Source of the DNA: Macrostomum lignano | Taxonomy: Eukaryota | Reading direction: 5' to 3' | Assembly (NCBI GenBank): GCA_002269645.1 | Contig: NIVC01000872.1 | Location: 1-64,000, forward strand | Length of the DNA: 64,000 nucleotides | Shown: one piece after another, positions 11,902-24,689 of the stretch | How positions within the stretch are numbered: position 1 is the stretch's first letter | How the letters are laid out: every line of letters begins with the position of its first letter | Position numbers and translations under genes: made by a program | Notes under the pieces: generated by a model | The model's database searches: none | The model's input: only the letters and a program-made list of their open reading frames with translations | Told to the model about the DNA's origin: nothing

Positions 11902-12969
11902 GCTGACTGTCGGCGTTGAGTAGTTTTATAGGATAACGGATCATAACGGATTAATACTATAAATTGTTTTCGCACAATGAACTTACTGTTTTTGTTTGTT
12001 TTTTTACACAGTACTTCGTCCCATAGCAGATCTGCTATTTTAATTCAGGACGATAATCGTTTGAAATTTCGTCCGGCATTTTGCCATTCATCTTTGTGTG
12101 CTTCATATTTCAGTTTTCCAGTTTTTTTCTGTTCAACGTTTACGGTTTACTGTTTCATGTTCAGTGCGACTTGCGATTTGAAGTAGGCGTGCACTTAGAA
12201 AGGCCAGACACAACTTCTTGTCGCGAAAAATGATCCAGGAGTCCGTACTTATACGTGGGAATTCTAATTGCCCCAATGCACGTAATACTGTGTAACTCTA
12301 TTATACCTTGGGAACTAGAACCATATTCGGTGCACCTACTTGACTTAATGAAGGCATGAGTTCTCTAAGAAAGTACGTAATGTTGTGTGACTCAGTATCT
12401 ATTTTTATAACACGAATTCATCTCCTACAGTACTAGGAGGGCCCTCGGGCACGTGTTTCCCCCGTAAACATGGATCAACGAGTGCAGCACGTACGTCAGT
12501 TTCATCTACAACGTCCACATACGTTAACAGTACTAATAATATTCTAAAGTATTACTTATAACACATACAGCTTTTCCAATCTTTTTCCTAGCTGCTTTTT
12601 TAATGTCTTTATTGTCGTGCTTTTTGGCACCACTATAAATGAAAAATACTGAACATTTTTATTACGTCTTTTAAGTCATTTCATACGTACTGTCTTGCCG
12701 AGATTCCGAAAAAGTGGTAGTGCGAGTTCTAGGGGACGACCCGTTTTGATTTAAATCAATTGCTAGAGGTCTGGACTCTGTCCCAACAGACTTGTGTCTG
12801 GGTGCCGAGTTAGTTGTATTATATGCGGAGTTATGTTAAGTCAATGGTAATAACAAATACCCATGCAACGTCCTTTCAATCCTGTCTCCCATCTCATGAT
12901 CGCTGGTGTCCGACGCTGTTTTCGGGCCACGCCGTCTCACCGAACAACCTCCACTTCTCTCTGTTACAG

Positions 12970-14459
12970 ATGTCCAGCGCTTCAAATCGCACGGTTGGTC
13001 CATTAAGCACGCTGCGACTGAGTACCGACGACGCAAAGTATGCGTTTTCGGAGTCCATATGGAATACACCTGCTTGGAGAAACGCCATCGGCGACATCGG
13101 GATCGAATTGTGCACGAAGCTGTCAGAGTTCTGTACTGTCGGCCACATTCGCGACTCAACGAACAGGATTCCGATATTGTTGCTACTTATTCAACGAGTT
13201 ACCGACCAGCAGATCTGCTCAGCGTCATCCTCGTCGGCTTTTACAATTGATGCATGCGACCCAACCGGGATGATTGGTTGCAGTGTCCAAGGCAGCGTAC
13301 GCTCGCAGATTGGGCCGTTGCGTCGTGGCGATGTTATTCTGTTGCGCCGACCGACAATTTTTGCACCGCCCGGTCGTCCAGACAAACGCTCTGTCAATAT
13401 TGTACCTAGTAACATCCTACACGTATATACGGGATGCACATACGTACGTATAACCTGTTTTACTTTTTATCGAACTAACTGACCTTAACGAAACCAGCCG
13501 CTATATACAACTAATTCTGTAGATTGTCGACTGCACGACACCTCGCTGTCCGCGTTGCCGTAGACAAGCATGCGGCGGCTGCAGCACGGGCAGCTACTTG
13601 CGTCAAGAGGTAGTACGACTGGAACTATTTCTGGCTGATTTGCCAGTGGAACCAGTAGGTCGTACCAGCGGAACTGCTGGCGTAGTTCCATCCTATATCG
13701 CTGCTCCCTGCGGCTCGCTAATGTCTGTCTGGTGGGCTGGCTTTAATACACCGCCGATCGGCGGCAATCAAGTAACATCTTTCCCTCGCGCAGCCGGGAT
13801 TTCGTGGACGCAACTGCACGAGGACCCCATCGCAACGCAAGCGGATACTTCAGATGGCACGCCATTCACTTCGTCTCCAGTCTACGAGCAGTCGTTCAAC
13901 GAAAGCCACTTGTTTCCAGAGGGTGTCACTGCTTCGAACGACGCAGTTGATGACGCCGTTGGACGATCGTCCATCACACTAGCGACATCTGCAACGCCAA
14001 GTCGGTTGGATATTACCGTTGGCACACGGGATTGCAAAGACAATCAGGTAAGAGCTGTTTCCAGTGCAGTCGGCATTTCGTGGACGCAACTGCACAACGA
14101 AGCCATCGCCGCGCAAGCCGGCGCATCAGATGGCACGACATTCACTTCGTCTCCGGTCTACGAGCAGCCGATCAACGAAAGCCAGTTGTTTCCGGATGAC
14201 GACTATGCTACGAATGAAACTTCTATCGACACAGCTGACGCTACTTGTGAACGGTCGTATAATATGGCAATGCCTGTCGGCACACCGTCACTGTCTGTTA
14301 GAGCTAGACAATCGAGAGTGTATGTACCTTACTGTGTTTTTTATAGCTGTGTATATGTCGGAGAAACTGTCATCCATCGCCATTCAATTTAACTTAATAC
14401 TACAGAGTCGTTCCATTGCGCCGACATATAATGCAAGTCCCCGTCGGCGGTCTCATTAA
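12970..14459 (+). CDS. HROB: HROB/C17orf53-like OB-fold (DUF4539) protein with Cys cluster and duplicated Ser/Thr-rich tail; exons ~12970-13443, 13523-~14320, ~14407-14459; upstream exon(s) possible
   Basis: W-anchor, RIPILLLLIQRV, DPTGMIGCSV, LRRGDVILLRRPTIFAP and VNIVPSNILHVY align by eye with the HROB motifs as recalled (KVPNMAVMIKSL, DPTGEMQGTV, LKPGSVLLLKQIGVFSP, LNVTPNNLVHIY). The phase-0 intron 13444-13522 joins in frame to ORF 13598-14392. The symbol marks homology, not proven orthology. Confidence 0.75.
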
Positions 14460-14822
14460 TCGCCGTCCGCGGGCGCGACCCGGTCTTTCAAACGTCTGGC
14501 TCACGCGTCGACTGCCGCCAGAGTCGCGTCCGAGTACAGCAGGTCCGAGCTCGCCAGCTGATACACCAGGTCGCAGCAGATCACCAATCCAGTAATATCA
14601 ATTGGTATCCACAGTATAAGTAGATCTACTTATAACTGGACTCCCGAAACTCAGACTTATGCCACACTGTTCTCCAGATGTTTTCGTTCATGTTGAGATG
14701 CCGTTTAGTTGACACCCCGCTGTTAAATAGATGCTTCTCACAACATCTTGAAGCACCAACTTTTTATACGCTTCTTTACTGCGAAATTTGATTGTCGGTG
14801 CCTTCTGCCTTTTATTATCATA

Positions 14823-15370
14823 AATTACCCGACTGTTATCTGATCAGGAAATCTTGTTTGATGCCAGACAGGATAACAAACAAGATAACAAACAGCATAA
14901 CACGATGTTTCCCTGCAGGATTCGCATGAATTACCCGACTGTTACCTGGTCAGCGAATCCTGTTTGCCAGACAGGATAACAAACAAGATAACAAACAGCA
15001 TAACACGATGTTTCCCTGCAGGATTCGCATGAATTACCCGACTGTACCTGGTCAGCGAATCCTGTTTGCCAGACAGGATAACAAACAAGATAACAAACAG
15101 GATAACACGATGTTTCCCTGCAGGATTCGCATGAATTACCCGACTGTTACCTGGTCAGCGAATCCTGTTTGCCAGACAGGATAACAAACAAGATAACAAA
15201 CAGCATAACACGATGTTTCCCTGCAGGATTCGCATGAATTACCCGACTGTTACCTGGTCAACGAGTCCTGTTTGCCAGACAGGATAACAAACAAGATAAC
15301 AAACAGGATAACACGATGTTTCCCTGCAGGATTCGCATGAATTACCCGACTGTTATCTGGTCAGCAAATC
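14823..15370. repeat. 103-bp tandem repeat, ~5.3 copies, rich in (G/C)ATAAC(A) sub-motifs; probable CACTA subterminal array
   Basis: aattacccgactg starts at 14823, 14929, 15032, 15134, 15237 and 15340. Confidence 0.95.
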
Positions 15371-15740
15371 CTTTTTGAATCTTGTTTGAAACAAGGAAAC
15401 GTAAGATTTCGTCACGCAAACAAGATTCATACAAGATAACATTTTGCATAACCGGAATAGGGCATGTTATCTTGTTTGAGCGAATGTTATCTTGTGGTGT
15501 TATCTGGTTTATTTACCAGAGGGCAAGCAAGGCCAGGCTAGCCACGGCCAGAGCATGCCCAGTATTGGCTGCAGGAATGGCTTGGCCATAGACTAAAAAA
15601 TGGAATATCAAAATGAGAATAAGACGCTCAATATGAGACTGAGTGTGAAAGCCTTCAGATATCGCTCTAACCCTCCGACCCTCAGCCAGCTCTCCTTCTT
15701 CACCCCTTGGGTTGCATCTGACCCCTTGGATTTCACTGTG

Positions 15741-16050
15741 ATGGCACCATCGATTCCTGCAGCAAACCGTCAGCGTCTGATCGACGCAGTAAACAATGGA
15801 TCAACCATCCTAGCTGCCGCTCAAATTCCCAAGATCAAGAGAGCGTCCGCCTTTAGGATCGCTGCGGAGTTCCGCCTCCATGGCAGAGTTGAATCCCTAC
15901 CTCGTGGCGGTCGGAGAGAAGAAAATTGCAAGGCTGACAACGAGATGAGAGACTTCCTGACTGAGACGCTGGAGGAAAATCCCTTCCTCACACTCAAGGA
16001 AATGTCCTCACGTCTGGCTACGCAGTTTCCGGAAAAACCCACCGACCAGG
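15741..16050 (+). mobile_element. Tc1/IS630-family transposase N-terminal HTH fragment (truncated)
   Basis: RQRLIDAVNNGSTILAAAQIPKIKRASAFRI..E.R..GRVESLPRGG...EENPFLTLKEM. No DDD/E domain follows. Confidence 0.65.
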
Positions 16051-16145
16051 CCCACGGGGGATCCATCCCCATATCCCCCCTTGCCTACGCCGCTGATAAG
16101 TACCAATGTTACAGTAATATGTTTGATTGTTTAGAGGTAAGTAAG

Positions 16146-16149
<4 letters not shown>

Positions 16150-16229
<80 letters not shown>
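16150..16229. repeat. (CT)40 microsatellite
   Basis: Direct read. Confidence 0.99.
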
Positions 16230-16234
<5 letters not shown>

Positions 16235-17857
16235 AAAATTTTATCCATGTGGACTCTTCATCGGACTATTGACAGATGGATTGATACAAACATGAGCCCA
16301 CTATAATTTCATGTACCTGTAAAACTGTACTCTGTAAATATTAAATGTTTTTCTCTGATATACATTACCTTTTTATCTGTTTATCAACATGCCGGGTGAT
16401 TGCAGGATCTCGAATCATTTTCTTTGACTAAACAAAGAAGACGAAGATAAATTGTCAATTTTAGTCTCTAGAATAGAAATCATAATACTGTGTTAAATTT
16501 ACGCGTTGACTCATGACAGATACAATTCCTTTTGCTGCATCATCTGACTAGAAAATAAAACAATAGTGAGACGTCCGGGGGCTACGTCGACTGCTTCTTG
16601 CTTCTTTGAATCACGCCTTTTTAAATCTGTTTAATCATCACGCGGAGTGATTCCAGAATATCGAATTCCTTTGTTTGACTAAACAATTGTCCAAAAAAGT
16701 CCTAGACTTAGACAATAGTCCTACACTTGTACGCGTGAACTCATGAGAGGCGCAAAATATTCTACTGTTTCATGATCTGGATTGCAGGTAAAACAATGGT
16801 GAGAAGTCAGGAGGTTACGTTGACTGCTTCTTAGAACACCCTCAGTAAGCCAAGCAGAAAAAGCAGTAGGCAAGTAAATGCGTGTAGCGTGTATAATGCT
16901 TAGTAAGGACAAGCCAAGGACAGGAAGGAAGACTTGAAGAGCCTCGGAGACCAATAATATGGGAGAGAGCTAGAGTCCTCTTTTCCCTCCTCATTTCCCC
17001 CAAAATTCCAGAAGCAACCAATGTTGATTTTTTCCTAGCCCTTCCAAGGCTTGGTAAAGTCATCAGATAAAGGCATTACGATGGGGGACAAGAAAAGTGC
17101 AACTTTTTAGAAAGTGCCTCTTTCTACTAGTGCAGAGAGGGCTTGTTGCAGCAATTGGCTTTAAAAAAGAGAAGCATGAATACGAAGTTCAGCTGCCACA
17201 GTCAGAAAGAACAATTATAAAAAAAAGCCCTAATTTAATTGCAATGAACTTAGTTTAGTTTGATTTTAAAATCTGTGTAGGACTTCATAATGCCGATTTT
17301 AGGAATTTCAAACTTCTTGTTCGATTCCGCCACATTAATTTGGTGGTGGTTAACGGGAAATTGACCGGGGTATTGTGCGATTCTCGCCAATGAGGACCAA
17401 CCCGCAAGGTGCAGAGAGTGTAAATGCCTGACACTCCTGAGTGCGTGCCCGCGTACAGTATTGGTGCGCTTGTAAGTGCTGCCTCAGAACTGCCTCATCG
17501 CTGGTCTGTGGGACAATGTCTCCGAAGTTGCTGCGTCAATATTTTTATATTTTATGACATTGTTTGATTACTTTGCACTAATTAATACCGTGAGGGAAGG
17601 AGTAAACTTTGCTTAAACAGTTGGAATTTTGCTAGAATTCCCATTTTGTTTCTACGAGTATGTTATTGAGTCATTAAATATAATACTTTACCCACTGCAG
17701 TAAGGCTTTTAGAATTCGAAACTTGATCCGAGATGCGAGTACCCTAGCTGTTAAAATTTATCATACAAATTTTGTATTAATATACTATGAGAGTTCCAAA
17801 CTACACTTAAACAGGAAGCGAATATCGTAGAAAGGTAGGTTAACCTTAGTTTAATAA

Positions 17858-18160
17858 GGGAGTTGTAGCCAAGTGGTTAGAGCGTCGGACTCACGACTTG
17901 AAGGTCGGAGGTTCGATTCTCGACCCACTCGAAACAATTTGTGCCAAGACACTTGACTCTGCACTGCTTCAGTTTACCCAGCTGTAAAATGGGTGCCAGC
18001 ATTAGCTGGGGTAACTGATTGGGTTTGTGTGACGACCCCCCCCATTCCTTTGAATGAACAGCCGTACGCAGCCTTCAGATGCACCGCGCAATAGCTGCGG
18101 CTGAGCTGTCGGTTGCACATCTGGCCCAATTGGGGCAGTTGTACTCAATTATTATTAATA
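17858..18160 (+). mobile_element. tRNA-derived SINE with CORE-like central domain
   Basis: A box TAGCCAAGTGG, B box GGTTCGATTC, then gccaagacacttg...cccagctgtaaaatgggtgcc and a (TTA)-like tail. Not a full cloverleaf. Confidence 0.8.
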
Positions 18161-18971
18161 TTTTTATTAGTTAACAGATAAAAATAGTAATAGCTTCTGC
18201 TACCCGCGGGGTCGACGTAAGCAATTTGATATTCATACGCTCAACTATAAGCTAGGCTAACTTTTCTTAACTAGATGCAGCAGTAGAGCTACCTGTAAAG
18301 GTGAAGGATCTACTTGGCTAGCGAGAACAAAGTCACTCCATAGTAGATAAATTTGAAAGTTTAAAAGTCTGGAATAATATGGCTTGCAGTGTCTCGCATT
18401 TTCGATAGAACTATACTTTCCTGGTAGATTTGCTACTCAAAACTACAGAATTGCAATCCTGCGAGCTAAGTAATGTTTATAAAGGTAAAGATGGAAGCAG
18501 AATGCTTTCTTTCAGCATTTTTTTCTAGAAAGTTTCTGCTGTGGCTCTAACTGCGTCTATCTTTTAGACATGGTTAAAACTACTGCCAGAAGTCAGAAGC
18601 ATTTTCAAAAAAGAGTTTTGAGGAGCTGCCAACTCATCCATATGCTTTAGCCTAGGGTGAAGCAGCCGGTAGGAATTTTCCATGGAACAATTTACAGCCT
18701 CAAGAGCAAGTCGTCTTCACACTGCCATTGCATGGGAGCCATGCATCTGGGGCTCAGAAACCTTAAGCATGGGATTGGATAAGATATAAGGAAGGGCGGC
18801 GTGCGCCTCGCAAGGAAGGCAGGAATAGACGATGGCGAGTGGCTGTCCTAGCAACCAGCTAAAACTTTACGCTCACATAGAATTCTTTCAAAAATAAGAC
18901 GTAGAAGGTAACTGTAGGCATCCGACTTAAAGCTTGGAAAGATATTTGCAAGATCGCGTTAAAATTTCGTT

Positions 18972-21900
18972 ATGGAATCAATAAGTTTCGGATTGTTCAT
19001 TCTTCTGGTCTGTTGCTGTGTTTGCTTCGATGCTGCTCAAGGTAAGTCAATTGATCTGCATAATAGTGGATTCTGTATTATCCGTCCAAGTCAAAGGGTC
19101 TGCAATATTTTCCACCTAAAATTGGTAGATGGCTTCGGGTCAGAGTGGAAGGACAGAAAAAAGATGAGAGATGAGACGCGACAAACAGGATGAGAGTAGA
19201 GAAAAGGCGAGAAGAGGTGGGAGAGAGGGGAGAGAGGAGAAAAGGGGGAGAGAGGAGAGAGGCGAGAGAGAGAGAGAGACTCTCTACCCGACGGGACGGA
19301 TAGAGAGAGGCTTCACGGGCTGCATGCGGCCCTCGGGCCGGAGTTTGCCGACCCCTACTCTAAGTGAACGTTAGCGGTGTCAGTGACTCCGGCTGACAAG
19401 TTAAGCATCAGCGCCAAGTCGTGCGGCCTACACAACTGGTGCAGACGGTGCTACTAACAGGCATCCTGCCTGCAAGGAGAGGCAGAGACCAGGAGATTAC
19501 ATAAGTACAGCTTTTTTAACGCTCTACAATTGCTTTGCAGGATCCTGCAATCCTGCTCGCTACACGCAGCACAATGGTGTCCTTACGATCAACTCCGGAG
19601 TCAGTAGCCAAGTCAGTAACATCTCTGGAGTGGAATCCCTGCAGGGGTGCCTGACTCTGTGCCGGGTGAGGGACTGCGTTGCTCTCGAGTACCGACAGAG
19701 CAGCGGTCTTTGCCGGCTGGTGACTGTCTCAAAAGGATCTAGCGAGTCCAGAGTCCTGGGGACAGAGCCTGGCTCTGAAGTTTTCAAGCTGAAGAATTTC
19801 GACTCTGTGATTAATTCGATATTAAGCACCAACATCACTCTTCTCTTCACAAGTAAGCCTTGCTTTTCGTAATAAAAGCATTTTGTAACCATAGTTAGGT
19901 AGAAATTAATTTGACAACAAATTTCAGACACCAGCACTGGTCAGAACGGCAGCATACAGCAGACAACGATAAACGTGACTGGCTGTTATCGAATTGAGAT
20001 TGCCGGAGCCAAGGGTGGTAGCAACTTTGACAGAGAAAAATATGGCGGTAGGGGAGCCCTGGTCGCTGGAAATGTCAGCCTGACGGCCGGCAGCGTGCTG
20101 TCCATTGTCGTTGGTCAGGCTGGTGGCCACGCGATATCCGGTTATGTTGGAGGTGGCGGCGGCGGTGGAAGTTTTGTGTACCGTGTATCGGACAGTGAGC
20201 CGCTCATGGCGGCTGGCGGTGGCGGCGGAGCCTCCAGAAGCGAACATGGTTCGTTGAACTGAAGTTTCCTTTTAAATACTGACTGCTCGTACCGTAACAT
20301 GTGATTAGAAAGAAGTTTCCAGAATAGCTTACTTTAATTAAATCAATTTGTAGGCACAATTTTCGACTCGATACTCAACATCAGAGCACTTTAGAGTTGA
20401 ATTTTAAAAGAACATCTACATACGCTTCTACAACTTTAAACACTCGTTTAGCTTCGAAGTTGCTAGCTTGTATGGGTGAAAAACCATCTCCAGAGTAGAT
20501 TGACAAGAAAAAATTAAATTATATTTTGCCAAGTTCTATTCAGGTAGTCCTTGTATGGACCTAGTCTGTTAAATTTATAGTGTTGTGACGTCGGAGCGCA
20601 TAATGGTACTATAAAAAGCCTAAAGTGTTAGGTCCTCTGAAAAATGTTAAACACCATTTTTTCAGGACGCCAGGGTGAGGCCGGAAGAAATGGTTCAGAC
20701 TCACGTGGCTCAAACACGGTAATTTTATGACAATTAGTTTTGGTAATACTCGATGATAATTAATAAGTTTTGATGCTCAACGTCTTTTGATAAACCTGAG
20801 AACAAGCTTTTTAATTAAGTGTATCACTCTAGATTAGAAAGATACCTTAAAAGTCAACTCTAAAGCTGGATTCACAGTCATTGCGATTCGGAAAGTTTTT
20901 TTCACTAAGTACCTTCTTTAAAATGTTCAAAATAGAACAGAAACAATCAGAATAAACCGTATCAGGACCTGGATTGAGTCAAATATTGACACGGTTGTGA
21001 AGTCCATAAAGTACTTTTATTTCTGCCAAATTTTGAGTTCGTTCCAAAACAATAATTTTTAAACAGTTTTTAAACCCGATTTTGCATTCGCATATTTTAG
21101 TCATTCTTTTTGTCATTCCGCACTTATTCGTCTCACGGACTAAAATAAGATATGAGTTCCTTCTGGCTTCACACTATTTGTATTTATGCATTTAGTAGTA
21201 TTTTAGTAGTAGAAAGGGTTTTTGCTAATTTTCAAATGAATTTAGCTCGTACCTTGTGACTATTGAAGACCACTAGCTTAGTGTAGTTTTGGTTGTAGTT
21301 ATAGTACTTAACTGGCTCCATAAATACTATAGAGCAAAGATAAAAGTTTAAGTGCAAAGTTAAAAGTGCCCCTACTATTCTTAGCATTTCTTGATATTCT
21401 TATCACAGTAAAAATTGCAAAAAATTTAATCTTACAAATAATTATAACGATAATTATAACGAATATTATGGTCTACTATTACAAAGAATATAAGGAAGTA
21501 TATACGGTAAAAAAATCAACAGAGTATGTTTGATATCTCGACTGTTTTATTAAAACAACGAGTGGTATTTTTTACTCACGACACAACCCAACTGTTTTAT
21601 ACAGCCCTCTGAGATCGGCATAGGAGGCATCAATGGACAACCGGGCAGTAATTATCCGTCTAATGCGCCCTCAGGCGAAAATTACGGTGGCTGCGGCGCC
21701 GGCTGGAAGGGTAGAGCAGCCGTTGCGAACAGTAACGAACATGGTGGCGGAGGTGGTAGCAAAAATGAAAATTGGATTGGCGGCTCCTCCAGCCAAGGTT
21801 CTTCCTACGGCTTGGGCGGCTTCGGTGGCGGCGGAGGAGCTGCTACCGGCGACGGTAGTACCAAAGGTGGCGGCGGAGCTGGCGGCGGCTACAGTGGAGG

Positions 21901-22054
21901 CGGAGCCGGACTGAGAGAAGATTTTTCTGGCGGAGGCGGCGGCTCCTTCTGTGGCGGTAGCGGCTGCGTGGCCACCACTGGCGGCAACACGAACAGTACC
22001 CAAGGATTTGTTAAGATTATGTTTGATTCTGTTATCCATTACACATGCGCTTGA
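18972..22054 (+). CDS. Paralog A (intact, 401 aa): signal peptide + PAN/Apple domain + ALK/LTK-type glycine-rich domain; exons 18972-19041, 19541-19852, 19928-20248, 20666-20718, 21605-22054
   Basis: All introns are GT..AG and phase-consistent (1206 nt). CLTLC..DC..LCRL PAN cysteines; YRIEIAGAKGG, LSIVVGQAGG, GGGGGSFV, LMAAGGGGG, GGFGGGG, GGGYSGG, GGGGSF and GFVKI motifs of the glycine-rich domain. No TM or kinase exon was seen downstream. Confidence 0.9.
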
Positions 22055-22264
22055 AAAAATTGATCGGGGATTTGGAAAGCATAGGGTGACGGCCGAAAGT
22101 AACACTCATTACAGCCAAAGCAAAATAAAAAACTTTGTTTAGAAACTTATCCAGCAAACCAAAGCCAGGGGAAACGAAGAAAGACGACAGTGTCACAGGG
22201 GGAATAATAATGGAATCTTCGGGGAATTAACGGGAAATTAACGAGGGATTAACGGGAGCGCCAG

Positions 22265-23249
22265 GGGCCCGTGCTATAGATTTAAGAGCAAAGAGTAAGG
22301 AGTTAGGAGTCAGGAGTGCTCCTAGCAAGGAGCGAATCGATTTTGTGTGCTATAGAGTTCAAGAATCAAGAGTTAGGAGCTAGGAGTTGTTTTAAGGAGT
22401 GCAGCATAGGAGTGAGGAGGAGTTCTAAGGAGTGTAAGGCGATTGGCTAAGGAATCTGCCAATCTGCGTGCTATATTAAACTCCTAAATGTACGCACCTT
22501 AAGGAGTAATTATAGGAGCAATTCGTGAATTCAAACAATGCAAGCAAACCAAAAAGTTGCGTTTGTTAAAGCGTTGAAGCGTAGAAAACACTGTACTTTT
22601 TGAGACTCCATGTGCATCTCCAATCGTTCTATAGTCTGCTCCTGTGGCCAAAAAGCGAATCGAAAGCCTCACTTGCTGTTCGGCACTTAAAGCATAGTTA
22701 CAACGAGTTCGGTATTCAATTCGATTTCGAATTCAATTCGTCAGGCTAGCGAGTTGATTCTCATTGAGCGAAAATCGTGACACAGTATTATATTCTTCAA
22801 AACAGTTAATCCTATGCTTAAATTGTCTAGGTCGTCGATCATTAGCTCCCTCATCGTCCGCCTAGCTCACTGTCCGAAAACACGAAAAAAGAAACAAATC
22901 ACACGATCCTACTATAACCTAAGAGTGAGATTTGGCCCTTGAAGTCTTAACTGGGAGTTAGGAGCTAGAAATGAGTTTCGCTCCTTCTATAGGACACGCA
23001 CTCCTAAAACTCACTCCTAAACGGCAATTCCTAGCTCCTAGCTCCTACGCTCCGCTCCTTATTCTATAGCACGCGGCAAACCTTAATGAGGTCTCCTAAA
23101 TTCCATAAGGAGTATCCTAACGTCCTTAAAGAGCCTCCTAGCTCCTAAAATTTACTCTTGATTCTATAGCACAGAAAAGCCAGTTAGGAGCTAGGAGTTA
23201 GGACACTCTTAAGGATTTAGGAGTTAAGAGTATTCTATAGCACGGGCCC
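22265..23249. mobile_element. PIF/Harbinger-type MITE (985 bp) with 3-bp CAG TSD, left arm only
   Basis: TIR GGGCCCGTGCTATAGA / TCTATAGCACGGGCCC, CAG on both flanks, internal GTGCTATAG repeats, and an empty site in the right arm at ~42815. Confidence 0.85.
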
Positions 23250-24689
23250 CAGATGAAACCGCTATTCGCAGGTAAAGGGACAGTTAAGAACAAAGCATAG
23301 TACCCACAAGCGTAGGTTGTGCGAAGCCGATATTATAACCAAATATCCTACATTAATAATACTCGTAATGTAGCAATATACTACATATATGTTATTAGTC
23401 TAGATATCAATGGCTAAAACATGTTTTAATCGATCATTTATTTACTAAAGCCACAAAAATGTAGATTCTTTTTCTTTTTTATCTTTGTTTTTAAAAAATC
23501 TGAAAATTTTAAAACGTTTTTTTTTGAAAATCTACGTACTTTTGACTAGTCGGTAGCGTGAATATGTGACGCACCTAAATTATAGGCGACCAAATGTTTC
23601 AACGCCACGCAGTTTGAAGCGATTGAATTTCTTCATTGAATTATTGAGTAGTACTAGCTTGCCACTGCTGCCCAACAAATTTGCTTTATAGGATAAATGT
23701 CCCGCTATAGATTTCCCGTCCTACATTCACAATAGCATAGTTTGTCTATATCTAGTTATACCATTAATCTATACCATTTTAATCTATCTATCGATTTTTA
23801 ACATATGCGTATACATACTTATGCGTTTCCTTATGTCAAAACCATAACGTCACGCTTGCAACTCTTTGCACACTTTAATGCAACTATATTTGCTATTAGT
23901 CAGTTGCCCAACCCAGATGTTGGTTTTCTACGATGTTGCTAAAATATACAAAAGAATTCCTTATTTCTTTTTTCATTAACCTCCATAAAGTGCATTTCGA
24001 TTTCGCCTCTTTCTCAATCTGAGAAACAACAAACTTCTTATGGTAATTTTCTCGTTTCTAAGACTGAGAACCATCCAGTTCTCCTCAGCTGTCATTGTTC
24101 TCAGTCCTGCTAGAGTTGGACAAATTTAAACTAAAATTAACTGACCAACAATTAAACAATTCAAAAAATTAAAAATATCAAAACTGAATACAACAGGAAG
24201 TTTAGCATATTAAAAAATAGACGTGTCTTGTAAGCGCCTAGAGTCACGTATAGTGGCCGTAAATATCATTCAAAAGTAATTCAACAGTGAACTGGCGTTA
24301 CCATTGATGTTAAGCCTAATTTTATTTGCCGGTTTAGCACTCACTAGGTTGCTTTGTTTCATAGCTTCAACTGTTCTTAGGCAATGTAGCTCGCACAGAA
24401 TACACCAGAATGCTCAATCAAGCTCCCTGCGATTTTTCGCTTCATCGCTCAATCAAGCTCCCTGCGTAGCTAACTTTTCGCTAGTTACACTACTTCTAAG
24501 GTGAAGTGATTTGTGAGTAGTGCTGGCTTTTTTTATCAACCCGAGTGTATGGGATCGATTTTACCATAGACGATGTTTTTCGCTTGCCTTTCCGTCCATC
24601 TATCCTATCTATTTGATGCCTAGTGTATAATAACTCAGCTTAATTGCCTGCGTTCCTTAGATTTATACCCCTTTTGGCCGCTCCAAATC

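Larger units (their letters stand above)
6700..15523 (+). mobile_element. CMC/EnSpm (CACTA-type) DNA transposon, probably multi-gene; candidate right end ...TTACCAGAGGG at 15523, left TIR not found
   Basis: Transposase, co-oriented BEN-like and OB-fold genes, and a subterminal repeat array whose ATAAC motif flips orientation just before a GGG end. EnSpm TIRs typically begin CCC/CAC. Confidence 0.65.

Noticed and set aside
14823-15370. CRISPR-like array (also considered for 3650-3870, 27198-27378 and 57910-59000)
   Set aside because: Units are contiguous tandem copies without unique spacers; eukaryotic context, no cas genes.
17858-17930. Functional tRNA gene (also 39280-39346)
   Set aside because: A and B boxes are present, but there is no complete cloverleaf and the sequence continues into SINE body and tail.
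18972-22054. Calling paralogs A/B as ALK/LTK or as PE-PGRS genes
   Set aside because: No MAM, LDLa, EGF, TM or kinase exons are seen, and no PE domain; they are spliced eukaryotic genes sharing only the glycine-rich module.
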